Shown here piece after piece: positions 38,904-48,340 of a stretch of 64,000 bases of DNA. The stretch's first letter is position 1. Every line of letters starts with the position of its first letter. The position numbers were made by a program, and so were the translations under genes. The stretch is taken from the NCBI GenBank assembly GCA_965204735.1, contig OZ242008.1, positions 2,080,001-2,144,000 of the forward strand, given 5' to 3'. The notes below the pieces were generated by a model. That model worked only from the letters and a program-made list of their open reading frames with translations. It searched no databases and was not told the DNA's origin. This stretch comes from Longimicrobiales bacterium (lineage in GTDB: Bacteria > Gemmatimonadota > Gemmatimonadetes > Longimicrobiales > Gaopeijiaceae).

Positions 38904-39575
38904 TCAGCCCGAGCCGTGGTCGTGGTCGCGGCGGCCCTGGTGGAAGACGACGTGCAGCAGAGTGCCGGCGACGAACGAGTGGTAGAGCACGACGCCAGGG
39001 CGGGCGCTCGCCACGACGTCGCCGGCGGCCAAGTAGCCGACCACGGTGGCCACGGGGATCGTCGCGACGGCCAGGGCCGCCAGCACCGGTCCGTGACGGG
39101 GGCGCACCAGCCACCAGATCACCAGGCCCACCAGGATCCGGTGGATCGCGATGTTGGCGGCAAGGGCGTCGTAGCCGGGCGTGGTCGCGGTGATTTGCAC
39201 AAAAAAGATCACGGCGACGACAATGGTGTCCGCGGCCAAGGCCGTCCCCTCCAGCAGAGCGTGGAGCCCGATGCCCAGGAGGGTGGCCACGATGGCCGCG
39301 TCGTCGGTGCGCGCAGCGAACTTGTGGGCCGCGAGGCGGTGGAGCACGCGCTCCGTCGCCGTTACGGCGCCCAATCCCAGCAAGACCGCCACCACCGGCA
39401 GCGGCGAACCTTGGTCCCAGGCTCTGGGAAGGACCTGCCAAGCCACCAGAAGGGGCACGCCGACATACACGGACATGTCCACCGCCCTCGCCATGCGGGG
39501 GCGCTCGTGGAGCCAAGCGTAGAGCAGCACGCCCGCCGCCGGCGAGGCGGCGCCCAGGATCAGCGCCCAAGGCAT
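38904..39575 (-). CDS. Polytopic membrane protein, ZIP-like metal permease candidate
   Basis: About 7 hydrophobic segments, with HALLEG, AIHR and GTLLHVVFH motifs and a His-rich tail. Confidence 0.55.
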   Translation of the reverse strand: MPWALILGAASPAAGVLLYAWLHERPRMARAVDMSVYVGVPLLVAWQVLPRAWDQGSPLPVVAVLLGLGAVTATERVLHRLAAHKFAARTDDAAIVATLLGIGLHALLEGTALAADTIVVAVIFFVQITATTPGYDALAANIAIHRILVGLVIWWLVRPRHGPVLAALAVATIPVATVVGYLAAGDVVASARPGVVLYHSFVAGTLLHVVFHQGRRDHDHGSG

Positions 39576-39641
39576 GGACAAGCCTGCGCCGGAGCGGCGG
39601 ACGTGCTGCGGTGTTGCGGCGTCAGGAAGAGTGGTTCCTGA

Positions 39642-40118
39642 TCAGCTGTGGGCTTCGACGTGGATGTGCACGGCCGTGGTGGTGAAGTCCGAGTGCCCCG
39701 AGCCGACGGTACCGTGCATGAGCTTGAATACTACGTCGGTCTCGCCCTCGACCTTGCCGTCGAAGTGGCCCGTGAAGCTGCCTGGGGCGGGTTCGTGGTG
39801 GAACTCCGCGATGTCCGTGTCTTCCACGTCGACCTCGAGGTAGAGGTCGTCGTCGATCGGGATCGGATCGCCGTCGTGATCCACGAACCGGACTTCGACC
39901 ATGCCGCTCTCGCCGATCTCGACCTCCAGCTCGCCGGTCCAGGACTGCGCGTCGCCGTCGTAGCGGGCGACCACGGTGCCGTCCAAGAGCACATGGACGC
40001 CTTCGGGCTCGGCGTGGTCGTCGTCGGGCTCGGTCGGGTCGTCGCTGCACGCGGCAGCGAAGGCGACGATGGCGGCGAGGGCCGCGACGCCGAAGCGGTT
40101 CGTCCAGGTCTTCCTCAT
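39642..40118 (-). CDS. His/acid-rich lipoprotein, putative metal-binding
   Basis: ATG at 40118 after AGGAG. Lipobox FAAAC, with DDDHAE, HHE and MHG..GHSDF motifs. Confidence 0.75.
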   Translation of the reverse strand: MRKTWTNRFGVAALAAIVAFAAACSDDPTEPDDDHAEPEGVHVLLDGTVVARYDGDAQSWTGELEVEIGESGMVEVRFVDHDGDPIPIDDDLYLEVDVEDTDIAEFHHEPAPGSFTGHFDGKVEGETDVVFKLMHGTVGSGHSDFTTTAVHIHVEAHS

Positions 40119-40195
40119 TCTGCGTTCTCCTCTTTTGGTGCGTGAGTGGTGCGTGGGTAGAAGCGAGTTGGGTGCTGCACTTGCGACGCGCGAGG

Positions 40196-42478
40196 TCAGA
40201 AGACCACGCGGTAGGCAAGCGAAAGTCCCCTCCCGGCCTCGGGCATGATCTCCTTGACCCGGGAGAGGTGGTTTCGGTAGGTCTGGTTGGTTGCGTTGCG
40301 CAGGTTGGCCGTGATCACGTGCAGGCGACCCGCCAGCGTGACGCGGACGCCGGCGGCGGCGTGAAGGACGACGTACCCGTCGGTGGGCGTTTCGAATTCG
40401 TCCACCCGGTCCTGTCTGGCGGCGAACTCGGTCTCGCCGCGGACGAACCAAGCGGGATGCTCGTGCTCGACTCCGGCCCGCCCCTGAAGCGGGGGGATGA
40501 GCGGGAGCGGCCGTCCGGTGTCCTCCAGTTCGCCCCGCACGTAGGAAGCGGCGCCGTGGACGGCCCAGCCCCGGCCCAGGTCCCACTCCGCCGCGGCCTC
40601 GAACCCGGCCATCACGGCGTCGTTGCCCTGGTACTGGTAGATCGGCAGCTGCACGCGGCTCGTCTCGCCTGTTCGCGTCCCGTAGACGTAGCCCGAGATC
40701 GCGTTGTAGAACCCCGTGACCTCGGCGCGCAGCCGCTCTCCGCCGTAGCGGACGAAGAGGTCCGTCGCGTTGCCGGTCTCGGCTTCCAGGGAGGGGTTGC
40801 CGACCTCGAAGTAGTAGGCCGCCAAGTGCGGTCCCTCCGAGTAGAGCTCGTTGACGTCCGGCGTGCGGAAGGCGCGACCGGCGGTCGCCCCCACGACCAC
40901 GCCCGAGCCCGCGCGGTACATGATCCCGAGCGACCCGGACATGGCCCGGAAGGCTCGGTCTCGGATGTGCCCGATCTCGGAGTGCGGGTCGTCCCGGAGC
41001 GGGTCGGCGCTGGTCCAGTCGTAGCGCAGCCCGCCTTCGATTCGGATCGGATCGAAGTCCATCTCCTGGAAGACGAACGCGGCAAGCGTGGTGCGGCGGG
41101 TGTCGGGGGTCGCCACGTCGCCGCCGAACGCGAAGTCCTCCAGCGACGCCCGAAAGCCCAACGCGCCCGCCGAGAAGGATCCGGTGGGCGAAGTAACCGC
41201 CAACGCCTCGGCGCTGGTCGCCTGGAGCTTGAAGAAGGTGCCCAGTATGTCGGGCGGCTCGATCTCCTGGTGCCGGTACCACGTGTGCACGCCCCGGAGT
41301 TCGATCCTTTGATAGGGCCCGGCAGGTTGGTCCACGACCCCGCGGAACTTGGTGGAGACGCGCTCCATCTCGATGCGCACCCCCGCCTCGTGGCCGCCCA
41401 CGAACCCGCCCGGGATGCCGTAGTCGTTGCGGTAGGCCCGGAAGGAGGCGCCCGCGTGGCCCCACTGGCCCAGGTACGACGCCCCGGCGCCGGCGGTCCA
41501 CGTGTCTGCGGCGGTGTTGCCCAGGACGCCGGCGGGCGTCTTCAAGTCTCCTGCACGGCGCGCCGACGCCTCGACGCGCAGAGGCACGCGCTCGGCCACT
41601 CCGAACGTGGCGGCGGCGCTCCCTCTCGCCGACCCGCTCACCGTGCTCCCTGCCAGCGACGCCGAGCCGGAAAACCGCTCCGGGGCGGTCGTGGGGATCT
41701 CGTCGCGGATGACGTTGACGACCCCTCCCAGGGCGCTGCTCCCGTACAGCAGCGCGGCCGGCCCCCGGACGACCTCCACCCTGCGAGCCGTGGAGGCGTC
41801 CAAGGCCGTGGCGTGGTCCGATCCGCTGGAGGAGACGTCGCCGACCCGCGCGCCGTCTTCCAGCATCAGGACGCGGTCGCCGCCCAAGCCGCGGATGACG
41901 GGGCTGGCCGTGGCCGGTCCCATCGTTGCGACGGCAAGCCCCGGCTGTCCCTCCAAGGCGCTCGCCACGGTGCCTTCCAGGCGGCCTTGAAGCTCCTCGC
42001 CCGCCACGACGTTCACGGGGCGCAGCGTCTCTTCGGCCGTCCGCGCCGTGAGAGCGCCCGTCACCACGACCCCGGCGAGCGCGATGGGCGACGGGACGAG
42101 CTCCACCACGACGGGGCCGCGGGCGCCTTCCCCGACCAGCTCGACGATCTGGCTTCGGTAGCCGATCCGCCCGACTCGGACGGCCTGGTCGGCGGCGGCG
42201 CCGGTCAGCTGGAGGCGGAAGGCGCCGTCGCTGCCGGTCAGCGCGGAGCGGCGCGTCCCGACCAGCGTGGCGACGGCGCCGGTCAGCGGAGCGCCCGTCT
42301 CGGCGTCGCGGACGACCCCGTGGACGACCTGTCGGCCGGAAGTCTGGGCGGAGCGGGCTGCCGGCCCGCCGAATCCCGCAGGAGCGTGGGCCCACGCCGC
42401 ATGCGCGCACGTCGCTGCCGCCGCGAGCCCGAGGGCGCAGCAAGCAGGGAGCCGCATGGCGAGGCGGGACCGGTGCAT
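40196..42478 (-). CDS. TonB-dependent receptor (ZnuD-like metal uptake)
   Basis: Motifs PVIRGLGGDRV, SDHA, VEVVRGPAALLYGSSALGGVVN, GGHE, EGPHLA and YRNHLS. Terminal Phe. Confidence 0.92.
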   Translation of the reverse strand: MHRSRLAMRLPACCALGLAAAATCAHAAWAHAPAGFGGPAARSAQTSGRQVVHGVVRDAETGAPLTGAVATLVGTRRSALTGSDGAFRLQLTGAAADQAVRVGRIGYRSQIVELVGEGARGPVVVELVPSPIALAGVVVTGALTARTAEETLRPVNVVAGEELQGRLEGTVASALEGQPGLAVATMGPATASPVIRGLGGDRVLMLEDGARVGDVSSSGSDHATALDASTARRVEVVRGPAALLYGSSALGGVVNVIRDEIPTTAPERFSGSASLAGSTVSGSARGSAAATFGVAERVPLRVEASARRAGDLKTPAGVLGNTAADTWTAGAGASYLGQWGHAGASFRAYRNDYGIPGGFVGGHEAGVRIEMERVSTKFRGVVDQPAGPYQRIELRGVHTWYRHQEIEPPDILGTFFKLQATSAEALAVTSPTGSFSAGALGFRASLEDFAFGGDVATPDTRRTTLAAFVFQEMDFDPIRIEGGLRYDWTSADPLRDDPHSEIGHIRDRAFRAMSGSLGIMYRAGSGVVVGATAGRAFRTPDVNELYSEGPHLAAYYFEVGNPSLEAETGNATDLFVRYGGERLRAEVTGFYNAISGYVYGTRTGETSRVQLPIYQYQGNDAVMAGFEAAAEWDLGRGWAVHGAASYVRGELEDTGRPLPLIPPLQGRAGVEHEHPAWFVRGETEFAARQDRVDEFETPTDGYVVLHAAAGVRVTLAGRLHVITANLRNATNQTYRNHLSRVKEIMPEAGRGLSLAYRVVF

Positions 42479-42650
42479 CTTCGACTTCTCCGAGGGGACC
42501 CGAGCCGGGCGCCTTGGCAGGACGGCGCACGCCGGGCGTAGACAGGTAGGGAACGCCCTGCCGAACGACCATCGTCGTCTCCGGCGAAAGGGCCGTTTCC
42601 GGCAAGGCTTGCGATTGTGCGGGGGGCTGGAGGGGGAAGCTCCAGGCAGA

Positions 42651-43022
42651 TCAGACGAGCGGCGGACCTCGGGGGACGACGCAGTCCGTCAGGAACGCCG
42701 GCCCAGGAGGACCGCGTTCGGCAACGCTCGGGAAAGAAACGAGGAGAGACGGCGCAGGCGTCGACCTGGCCTCTTGGCGCGGGGCGGTCGCGGAGCCCGA
42801 GAGCGAGCGCGCCACTTGGCAGAAGAGATGGTTGTGGGCCCCGGGGCATCCGTCGTCCTCCGGCGACTCCACGTGAATGGGCGCTCCCGGCCCGTCATGA
42901 TCCGCAAGCGCCTCCAAGACGGCGCCCGCGCCCGTGGTCGCCGTCACGCCGGCGGCGAGGGCAAGCAGGGCGAGCCTGCGAAGGCTGGACCTTGCGGAGC
43001 GGGCGCTTGGCAAGGGGAGCAC
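42651..43022 (-). CDS. Putative leader/arrest peptide (DUF2946/CruR-like architecture)
   Basis: N-terminal hydrophobic segment, central CPGAHNHLFC and C-terminal PRGPPLV-stop. Lies directly upstream of the TonB receptor. Confidence 0.65.
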   Translation of the reverse strand: MLPLPSARSARSSLRRLALLALAAGVTATTGAGAVLEALADHDGPGAPIHVESPEDDGCPGAHNHLFCQVARSLSGSATAPRQEARSTPAPSLLVSFPSVAERGPPGPAFLTDCVVPRGPPLV

Positions 43023-43085
43023 TCCTCGGTGTTCGGCGGATGGACGCTGCCGAGCGGCTTCGACGGACGGACGGGTGCGGCTGGA

Positions 43086-43159
43086 TGGGCCCAGAGGGAC
43101 TTGAACCCCCGACCGTCGGATTATGAGTCCGCTGCTCTAACCGACTGAGCTATGGGCCC
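43086..43159 (-). tRNA. tRNA-Ile2 (anticodon CAT, lysidine type; Met not excluded)
   Basis: GGGCCCATAGCTCAGTCGGTTAGAGCAGCGGACTCATAATCCGACGGTCGGGGGTTCAAGTCCCTCTGGGCCCA folds as a cloverleaf. CCA is not encoded. Confidence 0.93.
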
Positions 43160-43212
43160 GACAAAGGCTAGAAGAACACAGGGCTCCAGGCAAGCTTGCC
43201 GGGCCGCCGCCG

Positions 43213-45072
43213 TGTCGTACCAATTTAGAAATGTCCGGTCTTACCAAGATAGAAATGTCCTCTTTCGGGCGATGTTCGGCGGGAGTCGAACTCGTGCCCG
43301 GGAGAGGAGCGAATGGAGTTGAGCTTGAAGGAGCGGGACCGGATCTCGGTGTTGAGGCAGGTGAGCGAAGGCGTGCTGGCGGCGGCCGACGGCGCGGCGC
43401 GCTTCGGGGTGACGGAGCGTCACTTCCGGCGCGTGCGCCGCCGGTTCGAGGCGGCGGGCGACGAGGTGGTCGTGCACGGGCTCCGGGGTCGGAGGTCGAA
43501 CCGGTCGCTGCCGTCGGAGACGCGGGAGCAGGTGCTGGTCATGGCCAGGGACCCCGACTACGCCGACTTCGGCGCCACGTTTCTGGCGGAGCACGTCGAG
43601 CGGGAGCTGGGCGTGCGCGTCAGCGCGGAGACGCTGCGGGCATGGCGGAAGGGCGCGGGCTTGTGGCAGCGCAAGCGCAAGCGGGCGAAGCACCGGCGCC
43701 GACGGCCGCGTCGCGCCGCGCGGGGCGAGCTGCTCCAGTGGGACAGCTCGGTTCACGCCTGGCTTGAAGACCGGGGGCCGCCCGACCTCGTGCTGATCGC
43801 GCTGCACGACGACGCGACGAGCGGGTTCATGCACGGTCGCTTCGTCGAGCGCGACACGGGCGCCGCGAATCGGCGAGCGATCGTCGAGTGCCTCGAACGC
43901 CACGGACGGCCGAGGGCGGTATACGTGGACCACGCGGGCCACTTCGGGCAGCGCCTCGGCCCGGAGGGCAAGCGGACCCGGACGATCATCGGCACGGCGC
44001 TGGAGAAGCTGGGCGTCGAGGTGATCCTGGCGAACTCGCCGCAGGCGAAGGGCCGGGTCGAGCGGACGTTCGGCACGGCGCAGGACCGGCTGGTCAAAGA
44101 GATGCGCTTGGCGCGAGTCACCACGCTCGAGGCGGCGAACCGCTACTTGGAGGAGCGGTGGGTTCCGTTCTGGAACGAACGCTTCACGGTGGCGCCGGCC
44201 GATCCCCTCGACGCCCATCGCCCGCTGCCTCAGGACATCGATCTGGAAGCCCTCTTCGCCGAGACGGACACGCGGGTCGTGGCCCGCGACTTCACCGTGC
44301 GCTTCGAGAACCGCTTCTGGCAGGTCACGGCCCGCGACGCCGAGGCGGCCGGCGTCGCGCCGGGCTCCCCCGTCGTCGTCGAACGGCGCCTCTCGGGCGA
44401 GCTGCGCTTCCGGCATCGCGGCTGCTACCTGACGCCCAAGGCCTTGGGGGCGGTCCGGTCGGCGACGCCCAAGCCGGCGCCGGCGCCCGCGACGGCCAAG
44501 CCCAGGCCCAAGCCGCCGAAGCCGGGAAGGGATCACCCGTGGCGCAAGCACTTCAGCGCCAGCGTGGCCCAGGCCGTGGCCAAGCGGGAACACCGCGCCG
44601 CCCACTCCAACGGGACCGGTCCCGAGCGGTGCAGGACCTCGTCCTGAGCCCGCAGGCGGGGACGGCGGCTCGCACCCCCCTTCCCGCAAAGGTCGGACGC
44701 GACCGCAGTGTCGGCATCCGTGCCTCCGAGGCTTGCCGGCGCTGCGCAGGTCGCTCGGCGCACCACGACCGTCCGAGCTGGCAGGCTCAGTGCGAACTGC
44801 GAGCCATCGGGGCAGCAGTGTCCGGACCCGTCCGCGTTGGCGTCCACCCGGCCAGAGCTTGGCCACGGCGACGACCTCGACTCGCCCGGCCGCCACTGGC
44901 CTTGAAGCGCCCGGAACAGGGCGCCCGGCGCCGTCCAGCCCAGGCTTGCTGGATCCGCGTGTCCTGCGCCCGACACCTGGCCCCCGGCCTCAGGAAGAAC
45001 CCACCGTCCACACCATCAGGGGGGACATTTCTACTTTGGCCAACTACCGGACATTTCTACTTTGGCTTGACA
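43213..45072 (+). mobile_element. IS1202-family (ISNCY) element, 1860 bp, 17-bp target duplication
   Basis: TGT...ACA ends. TAGAAATGTCC occurs twice at the left end and GGACATTTCTA twice at the right. Flanking direct repeat TTGCCGGGCCGCCGCCG at 43196-43212 and 45073-45089. Confidence 0.92.
43313..44647 (+). CDS. IS1202/IS481-like DDE transposase
   Basis: Motifs HGLRGRRSN, GELLQWDSSVHAW, DDATS, YVDH and SPQAKGRVER. Confidence 0.92.
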   Translation: MELSLKERDRISVLRQVSEGVLAAADGAARFGVTERHFRRVRRRFEAAGDEVVVHGLRGRRSNRSLPSETREQVLVMARDPDYADFGATFLAEHVERELGVRVSAETLRAWRKGAGLWQRKRKRAKHRRRRPRRAARGELLQWDSSVHAWLEDRGPPDLVLIALHDDATSGFMHGRFVERDTGAANRRAIVECLERHGRPRAVYVDHAGHFGQRLGPEGKRTRTIIGTALEKLGVEVILANSPQAKGRVERTFGTAQDRLVKEMRLARVTTLEAANRYLEERWVPFWNERFTVAPADPLDAHRPLPQDIDLEALFAETDTRVVARDFTVRFENRFWQVTARDAEAAGVAPGSPVVVERRLSGELRFRHRGCYLTPKALGAVRSATPKPAPAPATAKPRPKPPKPGRDHPWRKHFSASVAQAVAKREHRAAHSNGTGPERCRTSS

Positions 45073-45130
45073 TTGCCGGGCCGCCGCCGACCCGCGGACT
45101 GTCCCCCGACCGACCCCTGCGGAGGGACCC

Positions 45131-45778
45131 CTACAACTTGGCGAAGAGGGTGCCGAACATGCGGTCGCCGGCGTCGCCCAGTCCGGGGAGCAGGTAGCCG
45201 GCCTCGCTGAGGCGCCGGTCCACGGCGGCGGCCAGGACAGGGACGTCCGGGTGCTCCCCGCGCAGGCGCTCCAGCCCTTCGGGAGCGGCCAGCACGCAGA
45301 GGAAGCGGATCTCGCGGACGCCGCGCTCCTTGAGCCACGTCGTCGCCGCCGAGGCCGAGCCGCCCGTGCCCAGCATGGGGTCCACCAGGAAGTGGCGCGC
45401 GTGCTCGGCACCGGAGGGCAGCTTCGCGTAGTAGCGGGTCGCGACCAGGGTCCGCTCGTCGCGCTCCAGGCCCACATGGCCGACCCTGGCGCCAGGAATC
45501 ACCCGAAGCACGCCTTCCAGCATGCCCAGTCCAGCCCGCAGGATGGGCACCACCACCACGTCCGCCTCCCGGACGCGGGTGGTGCGGGTGGCTTCCAGGG
45601 GCGTCTCGACGGTCACTTCCCGTTCCTCCAGGTCTTGGGTGGCCTGGAAGGTCATGAGCATGGCGATCTCGTTCACCAGCTCGCGGAAGCGCTTCGTGGG
45701 CGTGCGTCGGTCGCGGAGGCGGGAGAGCTTGTCGCGCACCAGGGGGTGGTCGACGACGACGGCGGAGGAAGGAGTCAT
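45131..45778 (-). CDS. upp: Uracil phosphoribosyltransferase
   Basis: Motifs HPLV, VPILRAGLGM, DPMLGTGGS and PGLGDAGDRMFGT. Confidence 0.96.
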   Translation of the reverse strand: MTPSSAVVVDHPLVRDKLSRLRDRRTPTKRFRELVNEIAMLMTFQATQDLEEREVTVETPLEATRTTRVREADVVVVPILRAGLGMLEGVLRVIPGARVGHVGLERDERTLVATRYYAKLPSGAEHARHFLVDPMLGTGGSASAATTWLKERGVREIRFLCVLAAPEGLERLRGEHPDVPVLAAAVDRRLSEAGYLLPGLGDAGDRMFGTLFAKL

Positions 45779-46638
45779 GGGGACTTCCTTTGCGGTTGCC
45801 GGCCTCGTCGCCGGCCGCCTCGACGCGGGCGGACTTCGGCGCGGGCCGTCTTGATCTCGGATGGGCGCGCGGGGCGCCAGCGCGCGGTCGGCAGGCCGCC
45901 CAGGCGGAAGGGACCGAAGCGGACGCGGCAGAGCGCCGACGCCGGGCAGCCCACCGCCTTCAGGAGACGGCGAACCTCGCGCTTGCGTCCTTCGGTCAGC
46001 ACCAAGCTCACGCCCCACTCGCCGCTCTCCAGGGGCGTTCGGCGGACCCGCTTGGGACGGGCGAATCCGTCCTCCAGCTCGGCCCCGGCCTTGACCGCGC
46101 GGATCACCTGGGCCGTCACGGGCCGCTTGACCGTCGCCACGTACTCGCGCTCGACGCGGCTGCTGGGGTGGGTCAGGGCGGCGGCCAGGGCGCCGTCGTT
46201 GGTCATCAGAAGCAGGCCCGACGTGTCCCGGTCCAGGCGTCCCACGTAGCGCAGGCCCGCGGTCCATTCGGGCAGCCTGTCGTAGACGGTCTCGCCCCCG
46301 TGAGGGTCGCTCCGCGTGCAGAGAACGCCGACGGGCTTGTGGAAGACGAGCCAGCGAAGGGGCGCCGGCTCCACCACCCGGCCGTCCACGGCCACCACGT
46401 CCTTCCCCGGGGCCACCCGCACTCCCATCTCCGCGACCGGCTCGCCGTTGACGGCCACTCGTCCCTCGCCGATCAGAGCCTCGGCCTGCCTGCGAGAAGC
46501 CGCGCCGGCCTGGGAGAGGTACCGCTGGACGCGGACGCGGGCCGGGACGGCGGCCGCGGCGCCGGCGCCTTGCCGCTTCTCGCGCGGGCGGGCGGGCTGG
46601 ACGCTCCGAGGACTGCGACTGCCGCGTCGGCGACTCAT
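45775..46638 (-). CDS. rluB: 23S rRNA pseudouridine synthase (RluB/RsuA family)
   Basis: S4 domain, VGRLDRDTSGLLL and LTEGRKREVRR. Follows scpB. Confidence 0.88.
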   Translation of the reverse strand: MSRRRGSRSPRSVQPARPREKRQGAGAAAAVPARVRVQRYLSQAGAASRRQAEALIGEGRVAVNGEPVAEMGVRVAPGKDVVAVDGRVVEPAPLRWLVFHKPVGVLCTRSDPHGGETVYDRLPEWTAGLRYVGRLDRDTSGLLLMTNDGALAAALTHPSSRVEREYVATVKRPVTAQVIRAVKAGAELEDGFARPKRVRRTPLESGEWGVSLVLTEGRKREVRRLLKAVGCPASALCRVRFGPFRLGGLPTARWRPARPSEIKTARAEVRPRRGGRRRGRQPQRKSP

Positions 46639-47354
46639 TCTGCGGCCCCTTCCTCGCTGTCCTTCGCCGCGTCCGAGGGCGAACCCGAGTCCAAGTCGTC
46701 GCCGTCCCCGCCCGCGCCTTCCGCGTGGGCCAGGACCGCGGCCACAGGGTCGCGGGGTTCCGGCGCGGCCTTCCCTTCCCCCTCCAGCGGAGGTCCGTCC
46801 GCGGCTGCTCCCGAGTCGGTCAACGGCGTCCGCTCGCGCAGCACGACCGGGAGTTCCTCGGGCCGGGGCAGGTCGTCCAGGGAAGCGAAGCCGAAGTGCT
46901 CCATGAAGCGGCGGGTGGTGCCGTAGAGTACGGGGCGGCCAACGCCTTCGCCCCGCCCGACGACGACGATCAGCTCCCGGTCCAGCAAGGTGCGGATCAC
47001 GCCGGAGGAGTTGACGCCGCGCACGTACTCGACCTCGACCCGGCTGATCGGCTGCCGGTAGGCCACGATCGCCAGCGCCTCCAAGGCGGGTCCGGAGAGG
47101 CGGGTGGGCTTGGCCACGGTGTCGAAGCGCTCCAGGTAGGGAGCGAACTCGGGACGGGTCGCGATCTGCACGCCGCCGGCCACCTCCCGGAGCTCGAAGG
47201 CCCGGCCCGAGTCGTCGTACGCCGCCTTGAGCACGGCAAGCGCCGCCTCGACCCGGTCTTCGTCCAAGGCCTCGTCGGCCCGAGCGATCTCCGCCGCCGC
47301 CAGTGGTTCGTCGCTGGCGAAGAGGACCGCCTCCACCACGGCAGCGTCGTTCAT
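46635..47354 (-). CDS. scpB: SMC-Scp complex subunit ScpB
   Basis: Motifs VEAVLFAS, LEALAIVAYRQPISR, RGVNS and LYGTT..F..HFG. Confidence 0.95.
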   Translation of the reverse strand: MNDAAVVEAVLFASDEPLAAAEIARADEALDEDRVEAALAVLKAAYDDSGRAFELREVAGGVQIATRPEFAPYLERFDTVAKPTRLSGPALEALAIVAYRQPISRVEVEYVRGVNSSGVIRTLLDRELIVVVGRGEGVGRPVLYGTTRRFMEHFGFASLDDLPRPEELPVVLRERTPLTDSGAAADGPPLEGEGKAAPEPRDPVAAVLAHAEGAGGDGDDLDSGSPSDAAKDSEEGAAE

Positions 47355-48340
47355 GCCGCGGCCTCGGCTGGTGGCGAAGCGGTCGGCGGGGAAGCGTCGG
47401 CCGGCGGCGTCGAGGTCGGTGGGGAAGCGTCGGCTGGTGGCGAAGCGGTCGGCGGGGAAGCGTCGGCCGGCGGCGTCGAGGTCGGCGGGGGAGCGTCGGT
47501 CGGCGGCGTCGAGGTCGGCGGGGGAGCGTCGGCTGCTGGCGAAGCGTCGGCGGTCGGCGGCGGGGCTTCTTCGGCCTCCGGGCCGTCGGCGATCCGGCGC
47601 CCTGGGTAGAGCCAGAGGGAAGAGAACGGGCGGCTCTGCCTGAGGGCGACGACCCGCCGCCTTCCCAGCTCCAGGCCCGCCAAGAAGGTCATCACGCCGT
47701 GCATCGGGTCCTTCCAGGGCGCCACCAGGCTGCCGAACTCGATTCGCTTCACCCGCCGCAGGGCGGCAACGATGAGGCCCGTCTTGTCCCGCATGGAGAC
47801 TGTTCGGGCGGTCATGCGGTGCTCCGGTTCTCGGTCCCGGGGCGGCTCCACCCGCAGGGCGGCCGCGTAGACCTGGTCCCATGCAACCTCCAGGGGCGCC
47901 TCGGCGATCTGGGGCTTGGGCCGGGACGGCACCCATCCTTTCGCGAAGCGGCGGCCCTGGTCGTTCTCCGCCGCGCGGAAGCGGGCAGCCACTTCCCGCA
48001 CCTGCTCGTACTCCAGCAGTCGCCGCACCAGCTCCGCCCGGGGGTCGTGGTCTTCTTCGCCGGGGGGCCGGGGCAACAGCATGGCGACCTTGATGCGCAC
48101 CAGCGCCGCGGCCATCTCCAGGAACTCTCCGGCTTCGTCGAGCTTGGTCTCCACGAGAGTTTCGACGGCGGCCAGAAAGTCGCGCGTGATGCGGGCGATG
48201 GGAATGTCGAAGACGTCGATGTCCTGGGTGCGGATCAGGTGCAGGAGCAGGTCCAGCGGTCCGTGGAAGCGGTCGGTCTCCACGACCAGCAAGCCCTCGC
48301 CGGCGGACGCGGCCGGAACAGCCGCTGCGGCACTGCTCAT
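47351..48340 (-). CDS. scpA: SMC-Scp complex subunit ScpA with Pro/Thr/Ser-rich repeat tail
   Basis: Motifs FHGPLDLLLHLI, EFLEMAA, DPRAELVRRLLEY and TFLAGLEL. Tail of PPT(S/A)xPPADAS repeats. Confidence 0.93.
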   Translation of the reverse strand: MSSAAAAVPAASAGEGLLVVETDRFHGPLDLLLHLIRTQDIDVFDIPIARITRDFLAAVETLVETKLDEAGEFLEMAAALVRIKVAMLLPRPPGEEDHDPRAELVRRLLEYEQVREVAARFRAAENDQGRRFAKGWVPSRPKPQIAEAPLEVAWDQVYAAALRVEPPRDREPEHRMTARTVSMRDKTGLIVAALRRVKRIEFGSLVAPWKDPMHGVMTFLAGLELGRRRVVALRQSRPFSSLWLYPGRRIADGPEAEEAPPPTADASPAADAPPPTSTPPTDAPPPTSTPPADASPPTASPPADASPPTSTPPADASPPTASPPAEAAA

